Below are positions 9,801 through 17,631 of a stretch of DNA of 32,000 bases, one piece after another. This stretch comes from Moraxella nasovis (GTDB lineage: Bacteria > Pseudomonadota > Gammaproteobacteria > Pseudomonadales > Moraxellaceae): NCBI RefSeq assembly GCF_022701215.1, contig NZ_CP089976.1, positions 1,650,001-1,682,000 on the forward strand, read 5' to 3'. The notes under the pieces are model-generated. The model was not told the origin of the DNA, did no database searches, and saw only the letters and a program-made list of their open reading frames with translations. The position numbers and the translations under genes were made by a program. Position 1 is the first letter of the stretch, and every line of letters starts with the position of its first letter.

Positions 9801-10424
9801 ATGCCAGCCGAATGGTCAGCCATTGTCTATTTACTTGCAAGCTTAGGGCTTGTGCTTTTTATGTTGTTCGTGCCACGCCTTTTGGGTGGTCGCTCGTCAG
9901 GCTCTCAAAAACAAGAAAACTTTGAAGCAGGGGTTGTGCCAGCAGGTTCAGCACGCATTCGCTTATCTGCCAAATTTTATTTGGTGGCGATTTTTTTTGT
10001 GATTTTTGACCTAGAAGCCTTGTATTTGTATGCTTATTCGGTGAGCGTCAGAGAGGTAAGCTGGCTAGGCTTTGGGGCGGCTGCCATTTTTATTGGTATT
10101 TTGGTGGTGGGCTTGATTTATGAAATGCGTTTGGGGGCGATGAACTGGGCTCCTGCTGACAAACGCCACAAACGCCCACGCTTAAATGCACGCCCTGCCA
10201 ATTTTGATTTGGCGAGTATTACCGCTTGGGGCGGGATTGATGAACTGCACACCGACCCCACAGGCAAAGTCCCTGCCCAATCATCAGGACGTATCAACGT
10301 CTCTAATGACATCAAAACCAACCAAGCCCACATGGCAAACCTTGACCACATCAACACCACAGGACGTATTACCACGCAGGACTTTATGGATAAAACCACC
10401 CAAAAGCCAAATCATAAAAGGTAA
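9801..10424 (+). CDS. nuoA: NADH-quinone oxidoreductase subunit A, with a ~90-aa hydrophilic C-terminal tail
   Basis: Three TM helices and the conserved FDLEALYLY motif. I prefer the ATG at 9801 (AGGGGTGA Shine-Dalgarno) over the GTG at 9771. It is the first gene of the nuo cluster. Confidence 0.9.
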   Translation: MPAEWSAIVYLLASLGLVLFMLFVPRLLGGRSSGSQKQENFEAGVVPAGSARIRLSAKFYLVAIFFVIFDLEALYLYAYSVSVREVSWLGFGAAAIFIGILVVGLIYEMRLGAMNWAPADKRHKRPRLNARPANFDLASITAWGGIDELHTDPTGKVPAQSSGRINVSNDIKTNQAHMANLDHINTTGRITTQDFMDKTTQKPNHKR

Positions 10425-10448
10425 AATGCAAAAAGTATTTTACCTTTT
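10416..10448 (+). terminator. Terminator-like perfect hairpin overlapping the nuoA stop codon
   Basis: AAAAGGTAAAAT (10416-10427), a 9-nt loop, then ATTTTACCTTTT (10437-10448). This gives a 12-bp perfect stem ending in a T run. Confidence 0.4.
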
Positions 10449-10673
10449 TGTCGGTCAATTCATCAGTGATTTTTTGGTGAATTGCCAATGAAAATCGCCA
10501 GTTAAAATTAAAATGTTAGTTAAAAATGGTTAGTTGCAAGCGATTGTATTGGTTAAAAAATATCAGTTATCTAGTTTAGTTAGTTTTCGTGTTTAGTTAT
10601 TTTTAAAAAATTTAAATCAGCGAATGATTTTTTAAGTTAAATCAGCAAATCGCCAAAATTAAAGTAGCTCCTT

Positions 10674-11354
10674 ATGAAATACACACTCACAAAAGCCGAT
10701 GGGCAGGCTCAATATCCCCACCAATCACGCCAAATTGTGGACGCTCCCAACGTTCATGGTGTCAGCCAAGATGAGATAGACAAAAACGTCTTTATGGGCA
10801 GATTGACTGACCTAACTCACAATCTTGCCAACTGGGGGCGTAAAAATTCCTTGTGGCCGTTCAACTTTGGCACAAGTTGCTGTTATGTAGAATACGCCAC
10901 GACCTTGACAGGTGTGCATGACTTGTCTCGTTTTGGGGCGGAGGTGATTCGTGCGTCTCCTAGACAAGCAGACGTGATGATAGTTGCAGGCACCTGTTTT
11001 ATGAAAATGGCACCTGTCATCTTGCGTCTGTATGAGCAAATGCTTGAGCCTAAATGGGTGATTAGCATGGGGGCGTGTGCCAATTCTGGCGGTATGTATG
11101 ACATTTATTCGGTGGTGCAGGGCGTGGATAAAATTTTGCCTGTGGACGTGTATATCCCCGGCTGTCCGCCCAGGCCAGAGGCACTCATTCAGGCACTCAT
11201 GCTCCTACAAGACAGTATCACGCACGAACGCCGTCCGCTTGGCATTCATCTTGACCAAGACATTTATCAGCCGATAATGACCCCTGAAAGGGACAGAAAA
11301 AATGCCGAGCGGATTGCGGTTAAGAATTTAAGAAGTCAAGATGATGCGTTTTAA
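10674..11354 (+). CDS. nuoB: NADH-quinone oxidoreductase subunit B
   Basis: MKYTLTK start parallels E. coli MDYTLTR. N2-cluster ligand motifs are present ([26 protein letters not shown]). Confidence 0.95.
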   Translation: MKYTLTKADGQAQYPHQSRQIVDAPNVHGVSQDEIDKNVFMGRLTDLTHNLANWGRKNSLWPFNFGTSCCYVEYATTLTGVHDLSRFGAEVIRASPRQADVMIVAGTCFMKMAPVILRLYEQMLEPKWVISMGACANSGGMYDIYSVVQGVDKILPVDVYIPGCPPRPEALIQALMLLQDSITHERRPLGIHLDQDIYQPIMTPERDRKNAERIAVKNLRSQDDAF

Positions 11355-11772
11355 TGGCGATAAAATAGAGAAATTTGTTAAATTTTTATCCATTATTTTG
11401 GTTTTGGTGGCTGTTTTATTGATTGGCGTTGTGTTTATTTTTAATAATGCCAATTCCAAAGACCTTGTTAAAAAAGGATTGGTAAAAAATGTAGCCATCA
11501 AGAACGATGACTTAATTTTCACCATTGAAAAAGACTATGCTAGTGGTTTAGATATTGGATACGATAGCAAAACGGTTTATAGTAAGGATTTTGGTTATCC
11601 AATATCGGCAGTAAGTATAGATGATTATCAAGACGTTCTTGATGATAAAAAGATATATCATTTTATGCTGTATCATTATGATTTAGGCGGTCAGCAGTTT
11701 TCTGGATTTGATTTTTGTGTGAATGGTAATCAAATTTATTATGGAAAAAAGCTTATGGATTGTATGGGATAA
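11341..11772 (+). CDS. Hypothetical membrane-anchored protein (one N-terminal TM helix), inserted in the nuo locus
   Basis: 143-aa ORF whose start overlaps the nuoB stop by 14 nt. The hydrophobic segment is [21 protein letters not shown] recognise no family. It is very AT-rich (19-20 G+C per 60 nt in two lines I counted by hand). Confidence 0.5.
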   Translation: MMRFNGDKIEKFVKFLSIILVLVAVLLIGVVFIFNNANSKDLVKKGLVKNVAIKNDDLIFTIEKDYASGLDIGYDSKTVYSKDFGYPISAVSIDDYQDVLDDKKIYHFMLYHYDLGGQQFSGFDFCVNGNQIYYGKKLMDCMG

Positions 11773-11840
11773 TCATCTGTTTGTGATTTGAATTATCCTA
11801 AATACAATAGTGAATGTTCCAACTTGAAAAGGCAAAAAAT

Positions 11841-12245
11841 ATGAAAGGTCAATGTTTATGTCAAGCCGTTACCATTGAAACGGCAGAAACCCAAGAATTA
11901 CACGCTTGCCATTGTAATAATTGCCGTAAATGGAATGGCGGTGGTTCGGCTTTTTCATTTCAAGCCCAAGGCATTGACATCATAGGTAAAGAACACATCA
12001 AAAGCTATCAGCTGGTAGAGTGGGGTACACGCAATTTTTGTCAAAATTGTGGCACAAATTTATTCTTTCATCAGACAGGTACGGATAATTATTTTGTATC
12101 AGCTGGACTGTTTGACCAACAAGCATTTAAATTGGCAACACAATTTTTTATAGATAAAAAAGCGTCTTATTATGAGCTTGCCAATGATACGCCCAAATTG
12201 ACCGAAGCCCAAATTATCGCCATGTATGAAAATGACGGCAAGTAA
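11841..12245 (+). CDS. GFA/CENP-V family Zn-binding protein (glutathione-dependent formaldehyde-activating enzyme-like fold)
   Basis: Cys pattern CLCQAV...CHCNNCRKWNGG...FCQNCGTNLF is typical of Pfam GFA. I prefer the ATG at 11841 (MKGQCLC) over 11814. Confidence 0.7.
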   Translation: MKGQCLCQAVTIETAETQELHACHCNNCRKWNGGGSAFSFQAQGIDIIGKEHIKSYQLVEWGTRNFCQNCGTNLFFHQTGTDNYFVSAGLFDQQAFKLATQFFIDKKASYYELANDTPKLTEAQIIAMYENDGK

Positions 12246-12277
12246 TCGCTTTATAGTTACATAAAATTGGAATTAAC

Positions 12278-14023
12278 ATGAGCATTCATCATCAGCACGA
12301 TTTTAGCGTTTTAGAACTTTTAACACAAAAACACACCTTTACCGAACAAAAAACCGCAGACGGCATTCCGACCATTTGGGTGGACAAAGCGGACGTTTTG
12401 GACGTGCTTTTGACGTTGCGGACAGTACCACAGCCTTTTGTCATGCTTGTGGATTTGTCCGCCATTGATGAGCGACTGCGTAAACATCGCCACGGCTTGC
12501 CTGATAGCGATTTTACCGTGTTTTATCATCTGATGAGCATTGAGCGAAATTCTGATATTCGCATCAAAGTTGCCCTAGCCGAAGGCGAGACGATACCATC
12601 TGCGACTAGGATTTATCCTAATGCCAACTGGTATGAGCGTGAAGTGTGGGATATGTTTGGCGTGGTCTTTGACGGACACCCCCACCTGACACGCATACTT
12701 TTGCCAAAGTACTGGGAAGGACACCCACTTCGCAAAGAATACCACGCTCGTGCCACCGAGTTTACGCCGTATTTTCTAAATACCGCCAAGCAGCAGTTTG
12801 AACAAGAAAATCTACGCTTTATCCCAGAAGAGTGGGGCATGAAACGAAGTGGGCGTGATGAAGATTTTATGTTTTTGAACATCGGTCCCAACCACCCATC
12901 GGCACATGGGGCGTTTCGTTTGGTGTTACAGCTTGATGGTGAAGAGATTATTGATTGTATCCCTGACATCGGCTATCACCACCGAGGTGCAGAGAAGATG
13001 GCAGAACGCCAAACGTGGCATTCGTTCATTCCTTATACCGACCGCATTGACTACTTAGGTGGGGTGATGAATGAGCTACCCTATATCATGGCGGTGGAGA
13101 AATTGGCAGGCATTACCACGCCTGATAGAGCGAACACCATTCGCATTATGATGAGTGAGTTTTTCCGCATCACCAATAATCTGCTTTATTGGGGGACGTT
13201 TATCCAAGACGCTGGTGGTATGACCCCTGTGTTTTATATGTTTGCCGACCGTCAAAAGGCGTATGATGTCATAGAAGCGGTAACAGGCTATCGTATGCAC
13301 CCTGCGTGGTTTAGAATCGGTGGCACAGCTCACGATTTGCCCAATGGCTGGGAGCGTCTTGTGCGTGAGTTCTTGGACTGGATGCCAAAACGCATTGATG
13401 AATACTACAAGGCAACCATGACCAACACCGTGCTAAAAGGTCGTACCCAAAATGTCGCCCAATACAACGCAAAACAAGCCCTAGCGTGGGGCGTAACAGG
13501 GGCAGGACTTCGTGCAACTGGCATTGATTTTGACCTGCGTAAAGCACGCCCTTATTTGGGGTATGAGAATTTTGAATTTGATGTGCCTGTGTTCTACAAT
13601 GGCGATGCCTATGACAGATGTCTGGTCAAGATTGAAGAGATTCGCCAGTCTTTGCGTATCATTGAGCAGTGCCTAAACAATATGCCAAGTGGGGCATATA
13701 AAGCCGAACATCCGCTTGCCGTGCCACCGCCTAAGGATAAGACACTACACGACATTGAAACGCTCATCAACCACTTTGTGTCCGTCTCATGGGGTCCTGT
13801 CATGCCTATCGGCGAGAGTGCTTGCATGGTAGAAGGGGTCAAGGGGCTAAACAGCTACTATGTAACGTCTGACAACGCCACCATGAGCTACCGCACTCGC
13901 ATTCGTACGCCAACCTTTGCTCATCTACAACAAATGCCAAGTGTGATTAACGGCTCTTTGGTGTCCGATGCCATCATTTATTTGGCGAGTATTGACATTG
14001 TGATGGCAGATTGTGATCGTTGA
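12278..14023 (+). CDS. nuoCD: NADH-quinone oxidoreductase subunit C/D (fused)
   Basis: 581 aa. The N-terminal NuoC part contains [13 protein letters not shown]. The NuoD part contains [13 protein letters not shown] and ends in [10 protein letters not shown]. Confidence 0.95.
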   Translation: MSIHHQHDFSVLELLTQKHTFTEQKTADGIPTIWVDKADVLDVLLTLRTVPQPFVMLVDLSAIDERLRKHRHGLPDSDFTVFYHLMSIERNSDIRIKVALAEGETIPSATRIYPNANWYEREVWDMFGVVFDGHPHLTRILLPKYWEGHPLRKEYHARATEFTPYFLNTAKQQFEQENLRFIPEEWGMKRSGRDEDFMFLNIGPNHPSAHGAFRLVLQLDGEEIIDCIPDIGYHHRGAEKMAERQTWHSFIPYTDRIDYLGGVMNELPYIMAVEKLAGITTPDRANTIRIMMSEFFRITNNLLYWGTFIQDAGGMTPVFYMFADRQKAYDVIEAVTGYRMHPAWFRIGGTAHDLPNGWERLVREFLDWMPKRIDEYYKATMTNTVLKGRTQNVAQYNAKQALAWGVTGAGLRATGIDFDLRKARPYLGYENFEFDVPVFYNGDAYDRCLVKIEEIRQSLRIIEQCLNNMPSGAYKAEHPLAVPPPKDKTLHDIETLINHFVSVSWGPVMPIGESACMVEGVKGLNSYYVTSDNATMSYRTRIRTPTFAHLQQMPSVINGSLVSDAIIYLASIDIVMADCDR

Positions 14024-14036
14024 TGAGGATTGATTA

Positions 14037-14228
14037 ATGTTGTCTAAATTAAGGAAAATGTTATTTAAGTTTTTTGGTAGTATTTTTTTATTATCAGCAT
14101 TGCTACTTGGATTTTTAATTTTTGGATTACAATATGTTGGTGTCTATATTCAATATATTTTAGTGCCAATAATTTTTGTATCTGGACTTATCACCTTTTT
14201 GTTGTACAAAGAAGAGTTTTTGCAATGA
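14037..14228 (+). CDS. Small hypothetical membrane protein (63 aa, two predicted TM helices)
   Basis: GAGGA Shine-Dalgarno 7 nt before the ATG. It starts 13 nt after the nuoCD stop. It is extremely AT-rich (14 G+C in the 60-nt line starting at 14101). No family recognised. Confidence 0.4.
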   Translation: MLSKLRKMLFKFFGSIFLLSALLLGFLIFGLQYVGVYIQYILVPIIFVSGLITFLLYKEEFLQ

Positions 14229-14328
14229 GGTATATTAGGCTATGTTTTAGTTTTAAAATTTAAAACTGCTTTAATTTGGATATTTTATGCCTAACTTTTG
14301 GTCGCTAATATAGATGGATTGCATAAAA

Positions 14329-14347
14329 GGGCGAATGTTATTCGCCC
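14329..14347. repeat. Isolated perfect stem-loop GGGCGAAT-GTT-ATTCGCCC (REP-like or terminator-like)
   Basis: 8-bp perfect GC-containing stem with a 3-nt loop, set in an otherwise AT-rich 333-bp gap. No T run follows on either strand. Confidence 0.5.
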
Positions 14348-14561
14348 CTACACTTCAACAAATTAAAAATAAAAGCAGTCAGCCGACTTCTAGTAAACAC
14401 TCTTAATTTATTTAATAGGTGCGTTAAAATACAAAAAAAAACTTAGACTAATATAGCAAAAACAATGGCAGAGCAAACCTAGGCTTGATGGCAGTTGTAT
14501 TGGGAGCTAGTCCAATCAAAACACGGTTTACTAAAATAACGGCTCACTAAAAGGATTTTTT

Positions 14562-15335
14562 GTGCAAGAAATAATACAGTCCATTATTTTTGTTGCCGCT
14601 GCTGTGCTTCATGGCATCACAGGTATGGGCTTTCCGATGCTTGGCACAACAGCCTTGGCGTTCATCATGCCATTGCCTAAGGTGGTGGCGTTGGTTGCAC
14701 TGCCTACGCTACTGATGAGCTGGCTTGTGCTGTGTAGCAATAGCAAGAAGAAATTTTATCAAGAGATTATTGATTATTTTAACGCCTATAAACTGCTTGC
14801 TGTGGGGAGTGTGATTGGTAGTGTGGTGGGGGTTGAGCTGCTGCTTATATTGCCAGTGTCTTTGCTGTATTTGCTCATGGCAGGCGTTACGTTGTATTAT
14901 TCTGTCAGCGGACTGTTTGGACTATACAAAAAGGTAGAACAAATAAACGTTGTCGCCAATCAAAAAAATATGCTGTTGTTTGGCTTATTGGCAGGCGTGA
15001 TTGGCGGTGCGACCAATGTCATGTCGCCATTATTACTGATGTTTTTGTTTAGCGAAACCGATGACAAAAACCGCATCGTCAAAGCAAGTAATTTGTGCTA
15101 TTTATTGGCAAAAATTGTTCAAATTTATATGCTAAGAAATGAGTATCTATTGCTAGAGTCGCATGAATACACCCTGATCATCGTGCTGACGATATGCTCG
15201 GTGGCTGGGCTGTATGTGGGCATTTGGCTGAGAAATAAAATCAGTGCCAATTTTTTTAAAACATTGGTGTTTTTTGTGCTGTTGATATTGTCTGTCAAAC
15301 TTGGCTACTCAGGCGTTGCTGGTGTTTTGGCTTAA
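14562..15335 (+). CDS. TauE/SafE (DUF81) family anion permease
   Basis: 257 aa, about 7-8 TM helices. Two internally repeated halves each carry a Gly-rich motif (HGITGMGFPMLGT and LLAGVIGGATNVMSP). GTG start with AAGGA 7 nt upstream. Confidence 0.6.
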   Translation: MQEIIQSIIFVAAAVLHGITGMGFPMLGTTALAFIMPLPKVVALVALPTLLMSWLVLCSNSKKKFYQEIIDYFNAYKLLAVGSVIGSVVGVELLLILPVSLLYLLMAGVTLYYSVSGLFGLYKKVEQINVVANQKNMLLFGLLAGVIGGATNVMSPLLLMFLFSETDDKNRIVKASNLCYLLAKIVQIYMLRNEYLLLESHEYTLIIVLTICSVAGLYVGIWLRNKISANFFKTLVFFVLLILSVKLGYSGVAGVLA

Positions 15336-15404
15336 AGCTTATGTTTTGGGTTAAAATCGCTGATTTTATGGTAATCAAGCTGTACTTTGACAAAGTGTGG
15401 CGAC

Positions 15405-15490
15405 AGTGAACATAAAAGGCAGTAAACATGAAAGACGGTGAGCATCAAGAGTAGACGGTGAGCATAAGAGTGGTGAATATAAAGAGTAGT
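15405..15490. repeat. Degenerate tandem repeat array (5 units of 15-20 nt, core RGTRARCAT.RARAG), non-coding
   Basis: The five units are AGTGAACATAAAAGGC, AGTAAACATGAAAGAC, GGTGAGCATCAAGAGTAGAC, GGTGAGCATAAGAGT and GGTGAATATAAAGAGTAGT. All three forward frames contain stop codons. Confidence 0.7.
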
Positions 15491-15653
15491 GGGCAAAATC
15501 GTGCCATTAAAGTACCATGAATTAAAGCATCAGAACAGCAGGGCAAAACGCATGAGCCGTCAGCTTGCCTGCACAAGATAAGACAAAAAACCAAGATAAG
15601 ATGAAGATAAAAGCAAACAAGCTAGGATTGTCCAAGCAAATATAGGTAGTGTC

Positions 15654-16163
15654 ATGAAAATAGTAACCGACAAAATCCCCAAAGTGGACGTGAACGCCAT
15701 TTTAACGCCCCAAGAAATTGATGGCATACATGAATATGTCCATCATTATCCACAAGCTCGTGCAGCGGTGCTTGATGCGTTAAAACTTGTACAAAAACGA
15801 AACGGCTGGATAGATGATGCACAGCTACACGCCATCGCCAATCTGCTAGACATACCGCCGTCCGATGTAGAAGGTGTGGCGACATTTTTTAATCGCATTT
15901 ATCGTCTGCCTGTCGGTCGCCATGTGATTTTGATTTGTGATAGTATCGCTTGTTATTTGAATGGCTATGAGAGCTTGGCGGACGCATTTCGCCGTGAGCT
16001 TGGTATTGACTATGGTCAGACGACAGCGGACGGCAGATTTACGCTATTACCGATTTGTTGTCTTGGCAACTGCGATAAGGGGGCAAGCGTGCTGATTGAT
16101 GAAGATACTTATGGACCTGTTGAGCCGTCTGAGGTGAGCTTTTTGTTGGAGCAATACGCATGA
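15654..16163 (+). CDS. nuoE: NADH-quinone oxidoreductase subunit E
   Basis: 2Fe-2S ligand context (ICDSIACYLNG and CCLGNCDKGASVLIDED). Collinear with E. coli NuoE. Confidence 0.95.
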   Translation: MKIVTDKIPKVDVNAILTPQEIDGIHEYVHHYPQARAAVLDALKLVQKRNGWIDDAQLHAIANLLDIPPSDVEGVATFFNRIYRLPVGRHVILICDSIACYLNGYESLADAFRRELGIDYGQTTADGRFTLLPICCLGNCDKGASVLIDEDTYGPVEPSEVSFLLEQYA

Positions 16164-17629
16164 ATACTGTGGTATCAACCCTATCAACCGCCCATACCGC
16201 CAAGCCAAACATCGCTGAGCAAATTCAAGCACGCCAAAATGGACTTGCCCCAAGCCAATTAAACCGCCAACGCACGCCCATTTATGGCGTAGGTTTGGCA
16301 GAAGGGCAAGCACCGACAAGCCTGACCCACCCCTTGACGTGGCGACTGTATCATCATGATGCGGTGCTAAATTTAGCGGATTATGAAAATTTGGACGGCT
16401 TTAAAGGTCTTAAAAACGCCCTTGCCAAAACGCCAAAAGAAGTGGGCGAGATGATAAAACTTGCCAATGTGCGTGGGCGTGGCGGTGCAGGCTTTAATGC
16501 AGGACTCAAATGGACATTCATGACACCCCCTGATGGCGGTGTGCGGTATTTGATTTGTAATGCCGATGAGATGGAACCAGGGACATTCAAAGACCGTTTG
16601 CTCATGGAGCGGATACCATTTCAGTTGATTGAAGGTATGCTCATTACCGCCTATGCCATCGGAGCGAGTGTCGGCTATATTTTTATTCGTGGCGAGTATA
16701 TTTTAGCAGCCCAAAGATTACAAAACGCCATTGATGAGTGTTTGGCTAATGGCTTGCTCGGTGATGATATTTTGGACAGTGATTTTAAATTTGAGTTGCA
16801 CGTGCATACAGGGGCAGGGCGGTATATTTGCGGTGAAGAGACAGCACTCATCAACTGCCTAGAAGGAAGACGTGCCAACCCACGCACCAAACCGCCATTT
16901 CCGCAAGTATCAGGGGCGTGGGGCAGACCGACTGTGGTCAATAATGTAGAGACCTTGAATAATATGCCTGCCATCTTATTAAATGGCGTGGATTGGTATT
17001 TAAATCTGCCCAAAGCCAAAGGCAAATCTGATACCCCTGGTACCAAAATCATGGGGTGTAGCGGTCGTGTCAAAGATGCAGGACTGTGGGAAGTGCCGTT
17101 TGGCTATACCGCACGAGAGCTGATAGAGCTGGCAGGCGGTATGCAGGACGGTTTAACGCTCAAAGCATGGCTACCGGGGGGAGCGAGTACCGACTTTTTG
17201 ACCGCCAGTGATGAGCATCTGGACTTGGTGATGGATTTTGACCCCGTCATGAAAGCAGGTTCACGGCTTGGGACGTGTCTGATGATGGTTGTTGATGAGA
17301 CCCAAGACATGGTGGCGTTATCAAGAAATCTGCAACAGTTCTTCCAAAGAGAGTCTTGTGGCTTTTGTACGCCATGCCGTGATGGCTTGCCGTGGGGGGT
17401 AAAAATCTTAGATGCGATGCAAAACGGACAAGGGCAAGCACAAGACATTGATAAACTGTCTGAGCTGACTCGTGATTTGTGGCTTGGCAAGACCTTTTGT
17501 GCCCATGCCCCAGGGGCGATGGAGCCTTTAATGAGTGCGTTAAAATATTTTCGCCATGAATTTGAAGCCAAAGTGGGCGTACAGCAAGTAGTAGCAACGC
17601 CTGATAGTAGCAAGAATGTAGGAGCATAA
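16160..17629 (+). CDS. nuoF: NADH-quinone oxidoreductase subunit F (about 45-aa N-terminal extension compared with E. coli)
   Basis: ATGA overlap with the nuoE stop. FMN/NADH motifs GRGGAGF and CNADEMEPGTFKDR. 4Fe-4S motif ESCGFCTPCRDG. Confidence 0.95.
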   Translation: MNTVVSTLSTAHTAKPNIAEQIQARQNGLAPSQLNRQRTPIYGVGLAEGQAPTSLTHPLTWRLYHHDAVLNLADYENLDGFKGLKNALAKTPKEVGEMIKLANVRGRGGAGFNAGLKWTFMTPPDGGVRYLICNADEMEPGTFKDRLLMERIPFQLIEGMLITAYAIGASVGYIFIRGEYILAAQRLQNAIDECLANGLLGDDILDSDFKFELHVHTGAGRYICGEETALINCLEGRRANPRTKPPFPQVSGAWGRPTVVNNVETLNNMPAILLNGVDWYLNLPKAKGKSDTPGTKIMGCSGRVKDAGLWEVPFGYTARELIELAGGMQDGLTLKAWLPGGASTDFLTASDEHLDLVMDFDPVMKAGSRLGTCLMMVVDETQDMVALSRNLQQFFQRESCGFCTPCRDGLPWGVKILDAMQNGQGQAQDIDKLSELTRDLWLGKTFCAHAPGAMEPLMSALKYFRHEFEAKVGVQQVVATPDSSKNVGA

Positions 17630-17631
17630 AC

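Noticed and set aside
10186-10491. A 101-aa ORF in an alternative frame overlapping the nuoA tail and the terminator hairpin.
   Set aside because: It overlaps the in-frame continuation of nuoA, has no Shine-Dalgarno and runs through the hairpin. It is more parsimonious as a shadow of the NuoA tail, though it is a reason to verify the frame of that tail.
15405-15490. Possible CRISPR array or coding peptide repeat.
   Set aside because: The units are degenerate, of unequal length and directly abutting, with no unique spacers. No cas genes are present, and stops occur in all forward frames. I kept it as a non-coding tandem repeat.
14027-15630. The shared 7-mer AGGATTG at 14027-14033 and 15624-15630 as a target-site duplication flanking the nuoCD|nuoE insertion.
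   Set aside because: A given 7-mer is expected about twice per strand by chance in 32 kb, and no adjoining inverted repeats or transposase are present. The evidence is insufficient.
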